Shown one piece after another: positions 9,979 through 19,417 of a DNA stretch of 64,000 bases. The notes beneath the pieces are model-generated. The model saw only the letters and a list, made by a program, of their open reading frames with translations. It ran no database searches and was not told the DNA's origin. Position 1 is the stretch's first letter; every line of letters starts with the position of its first letter. Source of the DNA: an uncultured Candidatus Rokubacteria bacterium (GTDB lineage: Bacteria; Methylomirabilota; Methylomirabilia; Rokubacteriales; CSP1-6); NCBI GenBank assembly GCA_963762145.1, contig CAVXJS010000015.1:336256-400255 (forward strand). The letters run 5' to 3'. The position numbers were made by a program, and so were the translations under genes.

Positions 9979-10235
9979 ACCCGGGGCACCGGGCGGAGCG
10001 GCGGGGACGTCGTCAGCGTGATGTGAAGCTCGCAGTAGTCCTGGAGCAGCTCGGGACTCTGCTCCCGGATCTCGGCCAGCACCGACTCCGCGCCCTTGCC
10101 GGTGCGAAGCTGTGTCGCAGCGCGGGCCAGGATCTGCTGGCGACGCGCCAGCTCATGCTGGGTCTCCGAGATCTCGGCCATGCGCCGGGTGACCTCCGTC
10201 AGGAGCGACTCGTCAAGCTCTCGCCGAAGCGCCAT
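9963..10235 (-). CDS. Small hypothetical helical/coiled-coil protein, 90 aa
   Basis: SD GAGGAG then ATG 10235 (MALRRELDESLLTEVTRRMAEISETQHELARRQQ...); has its own sigma-54 promoter. Confidence 0.7.
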   Translation of the reverse strand: MALRRELDESLLTEVTRRMAEISETQHELARRQQILARAATQLRTGKGAESVLAEIREQSPELLQDYCELHITLTTSPPLRPVPRVVASA

Positions 10236-10282
10236 CGTCGTGGTGTCTCCTCTCGTAGATGCGCAGCACTCGTGGCAGTCAA

Positions 10283-10298
10283 AGCAACTCGGTTGCCA
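10283..10298 (-). promoter_or_regulatory. Sigma-54 promoter of the small protein gene
   Basis: Minus strand TGGCAACCGAGTTGCT, GG-N10-GC. Confidence 0.7.
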
Positions 10299-10504
10299 CC
10301 TCGGTAAACACTGCCACGACCCTATTTGCGATCCGGGCCGAGCCGGCCTGCGCCAGAAGTGTCCAAGGGTTACCGGGTAGGAACTTCCGGGCATGACGGG
10401 CCGAGGAAGAAGAGCGGGTCGTTCTTACCGCGCCACGATGCCGTCAGCCCTCTGTCGCGGCCGGGACTCTCATACAAATCCCACACATCGAGCTCCGGAA
10501 GTCC

Positions 10505-10520
10505 GGGCACGGCAATTGCT
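10505..10520 (+). promoter_or_regulatory. Sigma-54 promoter upstream of the NtrC-type regulator (possible autoregulation)
   Basis: GGGCACGGCAATTGCT, GG-N10-GC. Confidence 0.7.
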
Positions 10521-10540
10521 CCCAAAGTCGGCATGAGCGA

Positions 10541-11947
10541 TTGGCGATGGCGGTGAAACCTCAGATCCTGATCGTCGACGACGAGGAAGATTCGCGCGCC
10601 GCGCTCGAGACCCTGCTCGGCACGTGGGGCTACGCGACGGACGTCGCGTCCCAGGGACGGGAAGCGCTCGACAAAGCGCCGAACATGCGCCCCTCGCTCG
10701 TCATCACCGATCTCATGATGCCGGACATGGACGGCCTGACCCTCCTGAGCGCGCTGCAGCAGGAGATGCCGAGGGTGCCGGTCATCATCCTCACCGGGCG
10801 GGCGACGGTCGATACAGCGGTGGGCGCGATGCGACAGGGCGCCTACGACTACCTGACGAAGCCGGTGGATCTGGACCGGCTCCGGCTGCTGATCGAGAAG
10901 GCCCTCGACCGGGCCAGAACCCTGGACGAGATCACGATCCTGCGGCGACGCGTGAAGGACGTCTGGGGCATGGGTCGGCTGATCGGCCGCAGCGGGCCCA
11001 TGCAGGATGTCCACCGCCTGATCGAGCAGGCCGCGGCCACCGCCGCGCCGGTGCTGATCCACGGGGAGACCGGCACCGGCAAGGAACTGGTGGCCCGCAC
11101 GCTGCACGAGCTGTCGGGGCGCGCGGCCGGTCCCTTCGTGGCGGTCAACTGCGCGGCCATGCCGGAGACGCTGCTCGAGAGCGAGATCTTCGGCCACGAG
11201 CGGGGCGCCTTCACGGACGCGCGCGATCGGCGCGAGGGCTGTTTCGAGCTGGCCCACGGCGGCACCCTCCTGCTCGACGAGGTCGCCGAGATGGCCCCCG
11301 GGACCCAGGCCAAGTTCCTCCGCGTGCTCGAGGAGGGCTCGTTCCGGCGCCTCGGAGGCAAGAGCGAGATCAAGGTGGACGTGCGGGTGATCGCCGCCAC
11401 CAACAAGGACCCGATCGCGGCCATGAAGGACGGGGCGTTCCGCGAGGACCTGTACTACCGCCTGAACGTCTTCACTCTCGCGGTGCCTCCGCTGCGCCAG
11501 CGGATCGAGGATATTCCCTTGATCGTGACCGGCTTCATCGAGGAGTTCAACGGCAAGTACGACAAGCGGATCACCGGCGCCGACGACGGCACGCTCAAGA
11601 TCCTGATGGCGCACGCCTGGCCCGGCAATGTCCGCGAGCTGCGCAACGTGGTGGAGCGAGCCTTCATCGCCTGCGAGGGCGACGTGCTCACCCCCCGTTA
11701 CCTGCCGAACACCTCGCCGGTCGCGGCCACCACCGCGTGGAGCGGCGATCCCGACGCCCTCACCGTCCCGATCGGGCTGCCCCTGCGAGAGGTCGAGAAG
11801 CAGTTCGTGCTGCGCACCCTGGCCGCCGAGAACAACAACAAGACCCGGGCCGCCGAGCGCCTCGCGATCAGCACCAAGACGCTCCACAACATGCTGCAGC
11901 GCTGGGGGCTGCTGGGCCGCACGGCCGCCTCGCGGGCAGGGTCGTGA
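10541..11947 (+). CDS. Sigma-54-dependent response regulator (REC-AAA+-Fis HTH, NtrC/AtoC family)
   Basis: REC (VDDE, DLMMP, KP), Walker A GETGTGKE, ESEIFGHERGAFTDA, LLLDEV, FREDLYYRLNV, WPGNVREL, C-terminal HTH. Confidence 0.95.
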   Translation: MAMAVKPQILIVDDEEDSRAALETLLGTWGYATDVASQGREALDKAPNMRPSLVITDLMMPDMDGLTLLSALQQEMPRVPVIILTGRATVDTAVGAMRQGAYDYLTKPVDLDRLRLLIEKALDRARTLDEITILRRRVKDVWGMGRLIGRSGPMQDVHRLIEQAAATAAPVLIHGETGTGKELVARTLHELSGRAAGPFVAVNCAAMPETLLESEIFGHERGAFTDARDRREGCFELAHGGTLLLDEVAEMAPGTQAKFLRVLEEGSFRRLGGKSEIKVDVRVIAATNKDPIAAMKDGAFREDLYYRLNVFTLAVPPLRQRIEDIPLIVTGFIEEFNGKYDKRITGADDGTLKILMAHAWPGNVRELRNVVERAFIACEGDVLTPRYLPNTSPVAATTAWSGDPDALTVPIGLPLREVEKQFVLRTLAAENNNKTRAAERLAISTKTLHNMLQRWGLLGRTAASRAGS

Positions 11948-12306
11948 TCCGCGTGGAGGACCGAGCCCCCGAGGCCCATGCGAGCCCGATCCAGAAGCTT
12001 GCCGAGCTCGAGGAGGCGATCGGACGGCTTCCCGACCTGTCCGACGAGACCCGCGCGGCCCTGACGAGCCGGGTGACGGCGCTGCAGGCGTCTCTCGAGA
12101 CGGAGCACCGCGCGGATCGGGAGCAGCGGCACCAGATGAGCCACGACCTCCGGACCCCCCTCAACGCGATCGCGGGCTGGACTCACATTCTCCGGCTCGA
12201 CGCGACGACCTCCGGGACCGTCCTGCGCGCGGCGGAGGTGTTCGACCGGAACGTGAGGATCCTGACGCGACTGATCGATACCTACACGGACGACGCGGGC
12301 CGCTAG
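11944..12306 (+). CDS. Stand-alone HisKA/DHp phosphoacceptor protein, 120 aa, no ATPase domain
   Basis: GTG overlaps the regulator stop (GTGA); helical N-terminus then H-box MSHDLRTPLNAIAGWTHIL; stops at 12306. Confidence 0.75.
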   Translation: MIRVEDRAPEAHASPIQKLAELEEAIGRLPDLSDETRAALTSRVTALQASLETEHRADREQRHQMSHDLRTPLNAIAGWTHILRLDATTSGTVLRAAEVFDRNVRILTRLIDTYTDDAGR

Positions 12307-14201
12307 CGCGGCACCGCGGCGTCGATCACCTCCGCCAGGCGCGCCGGATCCACCGGCTTCACGAGGTGCGTGTCGAACCCCGCTTCCCGTGACCGCCGGT
12401 AGTCGTCCGGCAGGCCGTAGCCGGTGAGGGCCACCAGCCGCACCGGCCGGCCATGCTCGTCCGCCCGCACGCGCCGGGCTACCTCGTAGCCGTCGAGGCC
12501 CGGTAGCCCCACGTCGATCAGGGCGATGTCCGGTCGGACCCGGAGGATCGCCTCGACCCCGGCCGGCCCGTCCGCGGCTTCGTGCACCTCGTGCCCGGCG
12601 CGCTCGAGGAGGTACCGGAGCATGTCGCGGCTGTCCCGGGTGTCCTCGACGATGAGGATTCGCCGCGACCTCGCGTGGGGCGCGGCCGCCATCTCCGAGA
12701 CCTTGGCCGGCTCGGGGACCTGGGGCAGCTCCACGACGACCGTGCTGCCGAGCCCCGGCCCCGGGCTTCGCATCTCGACTCGACCCCCGTGCTGCTCGGC
12801 GAGGCGCCGCACCAGGGTCAACCCGATGCCGAGGCCGCCTTCCGCCCGGTCGAGGGTCCGCTCGCCCTGGAAGAAGAGGTCGAAGGCCCGCTCGATCATG
12901 TGCGGCGTCATGCCGGCGCCGGTGTCCGCCACCGTGAGCCGTCCCATGGATCCGTCGCCGCGCACCGTGACCTCGATGCGCCCGCCTCTCGGCGTGTACT
13001 TGACCGCGTTCGAGAGCAGGTTCATGACGATCTGCTCCACCCGCGACTGATCGGCCAGGACCCAGGTGGGCTCGGCCCGCACCGTGACCGCGTGATGGGG
13101 CGCCTCGCCGGGAGGCATGAGGCCCGCGACGCATCGCTCCGCGGTCTCGGCGAGGTCCACCGGCACGCGGACCAGGTTGATCTTGCCGGTGCTGACGCGG
13201 CCCACGTCGAGCAAATCGTCCACCAGCCGGCCGAGCTGGCGGACCTGCCGGGCGATGACCTCCTGCGCCTTCAGCGCGGGCTGGTCCCGGGTCCCCTGCA
13301 CGTCGAGCACGCGCACCGCGCTGCCGATCACGTCGAGCGGATTGCGCAGCTCGTGGCCGAGCATCGCAAGGAACTCGTCCTTGGCCCGGTTGGTCGCCTC
13401 CGCTTCCTCTCGCGCCTCCTGCTCGCGCGCGAAGAGGGCGGCGCGGACCTGGGCGGCCTGGCGCTCGATGGTGATGTCGCTGACGATGCACACGAGACCG
13501 GTCACCGCGTCGCCGTCGAGCACCGGATCCACGAGCAGTCGGAACCAGCCCTGGTCCCGCTGCACGTCGAGGGTCTGCCGCCGCCGGCTCTGCTCCACCC
13601 GCGTGGTGAGGGACGGCTCGTCGCCGCCGCCCAGCTGCTGCCAGATGTCGGCCCAGGGCCGGCCCACCAGATCGGCGGGCGCGACACCGACGAGCGCCCC
13701 GAACGCGCCGTTGCACCGCACGATCGCGCCGCCGGCGTTCAGGAGGCAGATGCCGTCGCCGATGGCGTCGAAGGTGGCCTGCCACTCGCGGTTGGCCGCC
13801 CGCAGCCCTTCCTCGGCGCGACGGAGCCGCAGCAGCGAGTGAATGGTTGCGAGCAGGACGGCGGGCTCGACCGGGTCGGTGAGGTAGCTGTCCGCGCCGC
13901 CCGCGTAGGCAAGATCCTGGGCCTTGTCGCTGACGAACGTCGCGGAGATGTGCACGATCGGCACCGTGAGGGTCTCGGGATGTGCCCGGAGCCGCCGGCA
14001 GACCTCGAACCCGTCGATGTCGGGCAGGTTCACATCCAGCAGGATCAAGACCGGCCGGCTCTCCGCCGCGATCCGGAGCGCCTCCGCGCCGGTACCCGCC
14101 TGCAAGACCTCGAACCCCGCGCGCTTCAGCATCTCGGTGCGCGCATATTGCGATGCTTCGTAGTCGTCCACGTTGAGGATGAGACCGCGTGACTCGGTCA
14201 C
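12303..14201 (-). CDS. Cytoplasmic hybrid histidine kinase REC-PAS-HisKA-HATPase-REC
   Basis: N-terminal REC (NVDD, LDVNLPD), PAS (ATFDAIGDGI), H-box GHELRNPL, N/G boxes, C-terminal REC. Confidence 0.93.
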   Translation of the reverse strand: MTESRGLILNVDDYEASQYARTEMLKRAGFEVLQAGTGAEALRIAAESRPVLILLDVNLPDIDGFEVCRRLRAHPETLTVPIVHISATFVSDKAQDLAYAGGADSYLTDPVEPAVLLATIHSLLRLRRAEEGLRAANREWQATFDAIGDGICLLNAGGAIVRCNGAFGALVGVAPADLVGRPWADIWQQLGGGDEPSLTTRVEQSRRRQTLDVQRDQGWFRLLVDPVLDGDAVTGLVCIVSDITIERQAAQVRAALFAREQEAREEAEATNRAKDEFLAMLGHELRNPLDVIGSAVRVLDVQGTRDQPALKAQEVIARQVRQLGRLVDDLLDVGRVSTGKINLVRVPVDLAETAERCVAGLMPPGEAPHHAVTVRAEPTWVLADQSRVEQIVMNLLSNAVKYTPRGGRIEVTVRGDGSMGRLTVADTGAGMTPHMIERAFDLFFQGERTLDRAEGGLGIGLTLVRRLAEQHGGRVEMRSPGPGLGSTVVVELPQVPEPAKVSEMAAAPHARSRRILIVEDTRDSRDMLRYLLERAGHEVHEAADGPAGVEAILRVRPDIALIDVGLPGLDGYEVARRVRADEHGRPVRLVALTGYGLPDDYRRSREAGFDTHLVKPVDPARLAEVIDAAVPR

Positions 14202-16350
14202 CGAGCGGCCTCCCCGGCGGGCGGGGCCGACAGGGCGGCCCGAAGGTCGTCGGCCGAGTCGCCGGTCGCCAGCGCCTGCTTGGAGAGGATCCGGAGCGCG
14301 TGGGGAGCCAGCCGCCGCCGGTCCTCATCGCTGAGGGTCTTCGAGGTCAGGACCACCACCGGGATGTCCATCGTGGCCGGATCCTCCTTCAGCCGCTCTA
14401 GCACGTCGAATCCGGACATCTCGGGCATCACGAGGTCGAGCACGATGGCGTCGGGACGCTCCGCCCGGGCGTCGCGCAGGCCTTCCACCGGGCCGGCCGC
14501 TTCCCGGACGTCGAAGGTGGTTCCGGCCAGATGGGTCCGGACGAGATAGCGGGAGATCTCGTCGTCGTCGATCACGAGGACGCGGCGGCCGCCGGGCTCC
14601 CGGTCGAGCAGACGGTTCAGGGTGCCGAGCAGCCAGGCCGGGTGTACCGGCTTGATCGCGTAGGCGCTGGCTCCCAGGGTCAGGCCCTTGGCGTGATCGT
14701 CGATGCTGGACACCACCACGATCGGCATGGTGCGGGTGTCGTCGCGGCGCCGCACCTCGCTGATGAACGCCCAGGCGTCCTCGCCCTGGAGACGGATGTC
14801 GAGCACCATCGCGACCGGACGCAGATGGTCGATCAGGCGCCGAGCGTCCGGGAGGGTGCGGGCCGCCACCGCCTGGAAGGACGAGCCGCGGAAGTAGTGC
14901 TCGTAGAGCAGGAGATCCTGGGCGCTGTCTTCCACGACCAGCACCGGCACGCGTCCCGCTTCGATCGGCTCGACGGGCCGGATGGTGCCGGCCTCGGCCT
15001 CGACCGCGTAGCACGCCGGGATCCGTGGCGGTGAACGTGGATCCGACCCCCACGGCGCTCTCGAGGGTGATGCGGCCGCCGAGCAGCGCGGCCAGCCGCC
15101 GGACCAGCGGCAGGCCGAGCCCGGTTCCCCTCACGCGGCGCTGGACCGGGTTCTCGATCTGGCGCGAACTCCTCGAAGATGCGCTGCTGGTCCTCGGCCG
15201 CGATGCCGATGCCGGTGTCGGCCACCGAGAAGTCGACCATGCCGTCTTGCAACCGTCCGCGCGCTCACCCGGATCTCGCCGCGCTCGGTGAACTTGAGCG
15301 CGTTGGAGAGCAGGTTGCGCAGGATCTGCGAGACCTTCCCCTCGTCGGTGTGCAAGAGCGGGCAGGCCGTCCGGCTCCTCGAAGACGAGGGTGACCGACT
15401 CGTTCAGGAGCAGGGGCCGCAGCATGCCGCGCAGCGCGGCGAAGAGGTCCCGGACGTCGAACTCGGCGGGACGGATCACGATCTTGCCCGCCTCGACCTT
15501 GGCGAGGTCGAGCAGGTCGTTCACCAGCTCGGTGAGATCCTCGGCGGCCTGGCGGATGTAGCCGACCTGGCGCCGCTGCTCGGCGGTGAGCGGGCGCTCC
15601 GCGTCCTCGAGGAGCAAGCGCGAGAGGGCCAGCATCGAGTTGAGCGGCGTCCGGAACTCGTGGCTCATGTTCGAGAGGAACCGCGACTTCATCTCGTCGG
15701 CGCGCCGGAGGGTGTCCGCCTTCTCGTCCAGCTCCGCGTAGAGGGCGAGCACGCCCCGGTTGGTGTCGTGCAGCTCGGCGTTCAGGCGGGAGAGATCCTG
15801 CCTGGCGCTGCCCGAGCTCGTCGAGCGTGCGCAGCAGCTCCTGGTTCTGCTGCCGGATCTCCTCCAGCGGACTCTGGGGCGCTTCGCCCGCGAGCGCGGT
15901 CGCGAGGCGCCGCGAGCCCGGCGGCGGCGATCTCGGGCGCTCGGCGCGGGAACAGCTTGCCGAGCGTGACGGTGGCCCCCGCCCCGGGCCGACTCTCCAC
16001 GTCGAAGTGATCGACCAGGCGGCGGCGCCCCGAGCATGCCGATGCCCATGCCGGTCGAGGAGCGGTACCGGCCCGCGAGGACGGCGTCGAGATCCCGCGA
16101 TGCCGGGGCCGCGGTCGCTCACGCGCATCACCAGGAGCTGGGGCGCGCGTGGGCCCTCGACCGTGAACTCGACCTTGCCTCCGCCCGCGTACATGAACGC
16201 GTTGCGCGCGATCTCGGAGATCGCGGTCGCGATCCGCGTCTGGTCCTGGCCCTCGAAGCCGAGGCGGGCGGCGATCTCCCGGGCCCGCTGGCGAACCGCG
16301 ACCACGTCCTGCTCGTGACGAACGAAGAGCGAGGTGAGGAGCACGCTCAT
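14198..16350 (-). CDS. Hybrid histidine kinase with N-terminal RsbT-like ATPase, HisKA-HATPase and two REC domains; several frameshifts
   Basis: DVVAVRQRAR...TRIATAISEIARNA; LHDTNRGVLALYAELD; SHEFRTPLN; NLLSNALKFT; two receiver domains in 14198-14950. Confidence 0.85.
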
Positions 16351-16357
16351 GGCCGGA

Positions 16358-17372
16358 TCACGAGGGGGGCGCCGGACCGCCACGACCGTGACGTCGTCGC
16401 GGCCCCGGCTCCAGTCCCGGTAGAGGATGCCCGCGACCACGGAGGGATGGCGGCTGGGCAGGCCCGGGATAGCTCCCGATCTGCCAGCGGCTGCCGAGGC
16501 CGTCGGAATGCATGACGAGGAGCGCGTCGTCGGACCAGGGATACGCGAACTCGTTGATGCGGCCGGCGCTATGCCCGGCGGTGCCGTTGCCGGAGACGAG
16601 GTGCCGGGTGACGCGCGCCCGCGACGATCGCCCCCGCGATGTTGCCGATGCCCGCGAGTAGGCGAGCTGGCCCCGGGCGGGGTCGATGCGCGCCACCGCC
16701 ACCGCGGCGCCCCGGGTCCCGCGGAGCGCGTCGTGGATCGCCGCGACCTGGGCGGCGGGCGAGAGGTCCGGGGCCGACTCGAAGGCGGCCACCGCCAGCC
16801 GCGCGGCGTCCGCGGCGCCGAGCCCGTGCCCGAGCCCGTCGACGACGACCACAGGCGGACACGCGCGGGCAGCGGCCACCGCGAAGGCGTCCCCGCAGAC
16901 CTCCTCGCCCGCCTTCGGCACGGTCACGCCCCCGACCTGCACCGACGGCACACGCGCGTCGTGCCGACCGGACGCGTCGACCCGCGCCATGATCGCGGTG
17001 CCGCCCGGGCCGTGTCGAGTACACGTCCACGAGCGAGGCGAGGCGCTCGCACCGCGCCCAGGCCGGTGCCCGGGCTGCCCGCGGTCGAGTACCCGTCGCG
17101 GAAGCACTCGGCGATGCTCGCCATCCCCGCGCCCCTGTCCAGCGCGAGCAGCTCGATCGCGGCGGGCAGCTCGAGCACGCGAACGAGCAGCTCCCCGCCG
17201 CCCGCGTGCTTGATCAGGTTGCCTCCGAGCTCGTTGACCACGAGCGCCAGCTTGCCCTGCTGGCCCGCGTCGAGCCCCACCCGCCCGGCGAGCTCCAGGA
17301 TCGGCGACGCGCCTCGCCCACCTGGCTCGATCGGTGATCACGAACGGGCTCGACGTGCGGCGCCGCGATCAT
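16358..17372 (-). CDS. Anti-sigma-type ATPase fused to a SpoIIE/PP2C phosphatase (RsbX-like); frameshifted
   Basis: LVVNELGGNLIKHAGGG, DGYSTAGSPGTGLGA, EEVCGD, VVDGLGHG, MHSDGL, RGRDDVTV. Confidence 0.82.
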
Positions 17373-17776
17373 ATCCATCTCGTGATGGACACGCGTGTGC
17401 CCTGGCCCGGCGCGGAGACGATGTCGAACTCGCTCGACAGCCGCCTGGCCCCGCCCAGACCCAGGCCGAGGCCGGAGCCGGTGGTGTGGCCGTCGCGCAG
17501 CGCCTGCGGCACGTCCGGCGATGCCGGGCCCCTTGTCCTCGAAGGTGAGACGCAGCCCCCGGCGTGAGCCCTCCAGCAGCTCCTCGATCCGGGTGGAGCC
17601 GCCGCCCCCGTGGATCAACGTGTTGCGCGCCAGCTCGCTCGCCGCGGTCACGATCTTGGTCTGGTCGACCAGGCTGAACGTCGAGGGCTCACCGCCCACC
17701 GGCGCGTGACCTGCCGCACGCGCACGACGTCCTCGTCGGAGTGGACGTCCAGCGTCTCGTCACGGACCGTGGGCAT
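17369..17776 (-). CDS. rsbT: Stressosome serine kinase RsbT; frameshifted
   Basis: [60 protein letters not shown]. Confidence 0.88.
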
Positions 17777-18168
17777 CGCGCTCCTCGCCCCGACCGAGGC
17801 GCCGGCGGATCAGCGTCCATGCCCTTCTCCGCGTTCAACGCGGTGCGGACCCCGTCGAGGCTCAGCCCCAGCTCGACCAGGGTGATGGCGACCGCGGGAC
17901 GCATGCCCACCACCACGGTCTCCGCGTCCAGGATCCGCGCCATGTTCGCGATGTTGCCGAGCGCGCGACCGATGAACGAGTCGACGATCTCGAGGGCCGA
18001 GATGTCGATCAGCACGCCGCGGGCCCGGTGCCGGACGATCTACTGGGTCAGCTCGTCCTGCAGCGTCATCACCAGGCGGTCGTGCATCTCCACCTGGATG
18101 GTGACGAGCAGGAACTCCCCCATCTTCAGGATGGGGATGCGCTCGTCGGGCGGCTTGCCGTCAACCAC
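17760..18168 (-). CDS. rsbS: Stressosome STAS protein RsbS; in-frame TAG at 18040-18042 and a 3' frameshift
   Basis: [56 protein letters not shown]. Confidence 0.85.
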
Positions 18169-19022
18169 GGGGCGCGGTTCTCGTCACGCTGGCGCCCACC
18201 CGCCCCATCGCGAGCACGAGCGCGTCGGCGAGGGTGGCCTTGGTGGCGACGTTGCCGAGGTCGACGCCCAGATGGACGATGGTCTGGGCGATCTGCGGCC
18301 GGATGCCGCTGATGATGCACTCCGCGCCCATGAGCCGCGCCGCGCCGACCGTCTTGAGCAGGTGCTGGGCCACGAGGGTGTCCACGGTGGGCACACCGGT
18401 GATGTCGATGATCGCGATCGAGGCGCCGGTGTCGACGATGCGCTCGCAGGAGATTCTCCATCACCACCTGCGTCCGGTCGCTGTCGAGCGTCCCGATCAG
18501 GGGCACCGCGAGGATCCCCTCCCACAGGGAGACCACCGGAGTCGACAGCTCGAGCATCTCGTGCTGCTGGCGTACGATGAGCTCCTCGCGACTCTTCATG
18601 AAGAACTCGGTGGTCAAGAGCCCGAGCCGGTCGAGCATGAGCGTGACGGTCCACAGCTCGCGGGCGAGCCCCTCGGCGTCGCCGCGATATGCCTCCTGCA
18701 GGCGAGAGAATAGCGGCTGCTTGAGCGAGAAGACGAACGTGGCGGTCTCGCTCGGCGTGAAGCCCTGCCGGGCGCGCGAAGCGGAAAGGCCGCGCAGCAG
18801 GTCCCGGACCTTCGCCCACGCCGGTCCGTCGATCCCCGCGTTTCCGTCGGCCTGCACCGCGTCGGCGAGGAGCCGCACGAGGGAGCGCGCCTGCGTTTCC
18901 ACCTCGCCTCGGTCCATGGCGCCCGCGGTACCGCCCTTCGTGACGAGGTCGATCCAATCCGCCAGGATCTTCGGCTCGTGCTCACGCACGATCGCCGCGA
19001 GCTTGCTTCTGTGATCAGCCAT
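18161..19022 (-). CDS. rsbR: Stressosome sensor RsbR (N-terminal helical domain plus STAS); frameshift near 18445
   Basis: QGFTPSETATFVFSLK, ELSTPVV, PLIGTLDSDRTQ, DITGVPTVDTLVAQHL, ISGIRPQIAQTIVHLG. Confidence 0.9.
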
Positions 19023-19070
19023 GTTGCGCGCTCCTGTTCGACGAAAGGATGGGGAACGTCTCGCCAGGAT

Positions 19071-19099
19071 ATTAAACGCGTCACGTACCGGGCTTTCAA
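19071..19099 (-). promoter_or_regulatory. Sigma-70-type promoter of the stressosome operon
   Basis: Minus strand TTGAAA-N17-TTTAAT; SD AGGAG before rsbR ATG. Confidence 0.6.
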
Positions 19100-19211
19100 G
19101 TAGCGCGTGGTTCGCGCCGGCCGTTCTGCGAGGTCCGAGCAGAGAGGCCGGTAAAAAATTCCCCCGAGCGGCTGGTGGCCTGGCGGGCCGCGCGCCGGGC
19201 GCCGGCCCCCA

Positions 19212-19239
19212 TTGACAAGGCCCGTGTTTTGACGATAAT
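19212..19239 (+). promoter_or_regulatory. Sigma-70-type promoter of the peptide ABC operon
   Basis: TTGACA-N16-GATAAT. Confidence 0.6.
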
Positions 19240-19417
19240 CACCGCACCCGCAGAGCCCGATTCGGGTTCAGTCCAACTTCACGAGCGCTCCGACCCTTCG
19301 TCTCATGGAGGAGACGGCGGTGATTCGACTCCAGCGCAGGTGTCCGGCAGGTCGCTCCGGCGGCGTTGCCCGCTGCGCTCTCGCTCTGTCCCCTCGTCCT
19401 TCCTGGAGATCGTCCCG

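Noticed and set aside
11200-11222. GAFTDA instead of GAFTGA as a sign of a sigma-54-independent regulator
   Set aside because: The critical F and T are retained and -24/-12 promoters flank the gene.
19315-19335. tRNA T-arm-like GATTCGACTCC
   Set aside because: No cloverleaf, acceptor stem or anticodon arm could be built around it.
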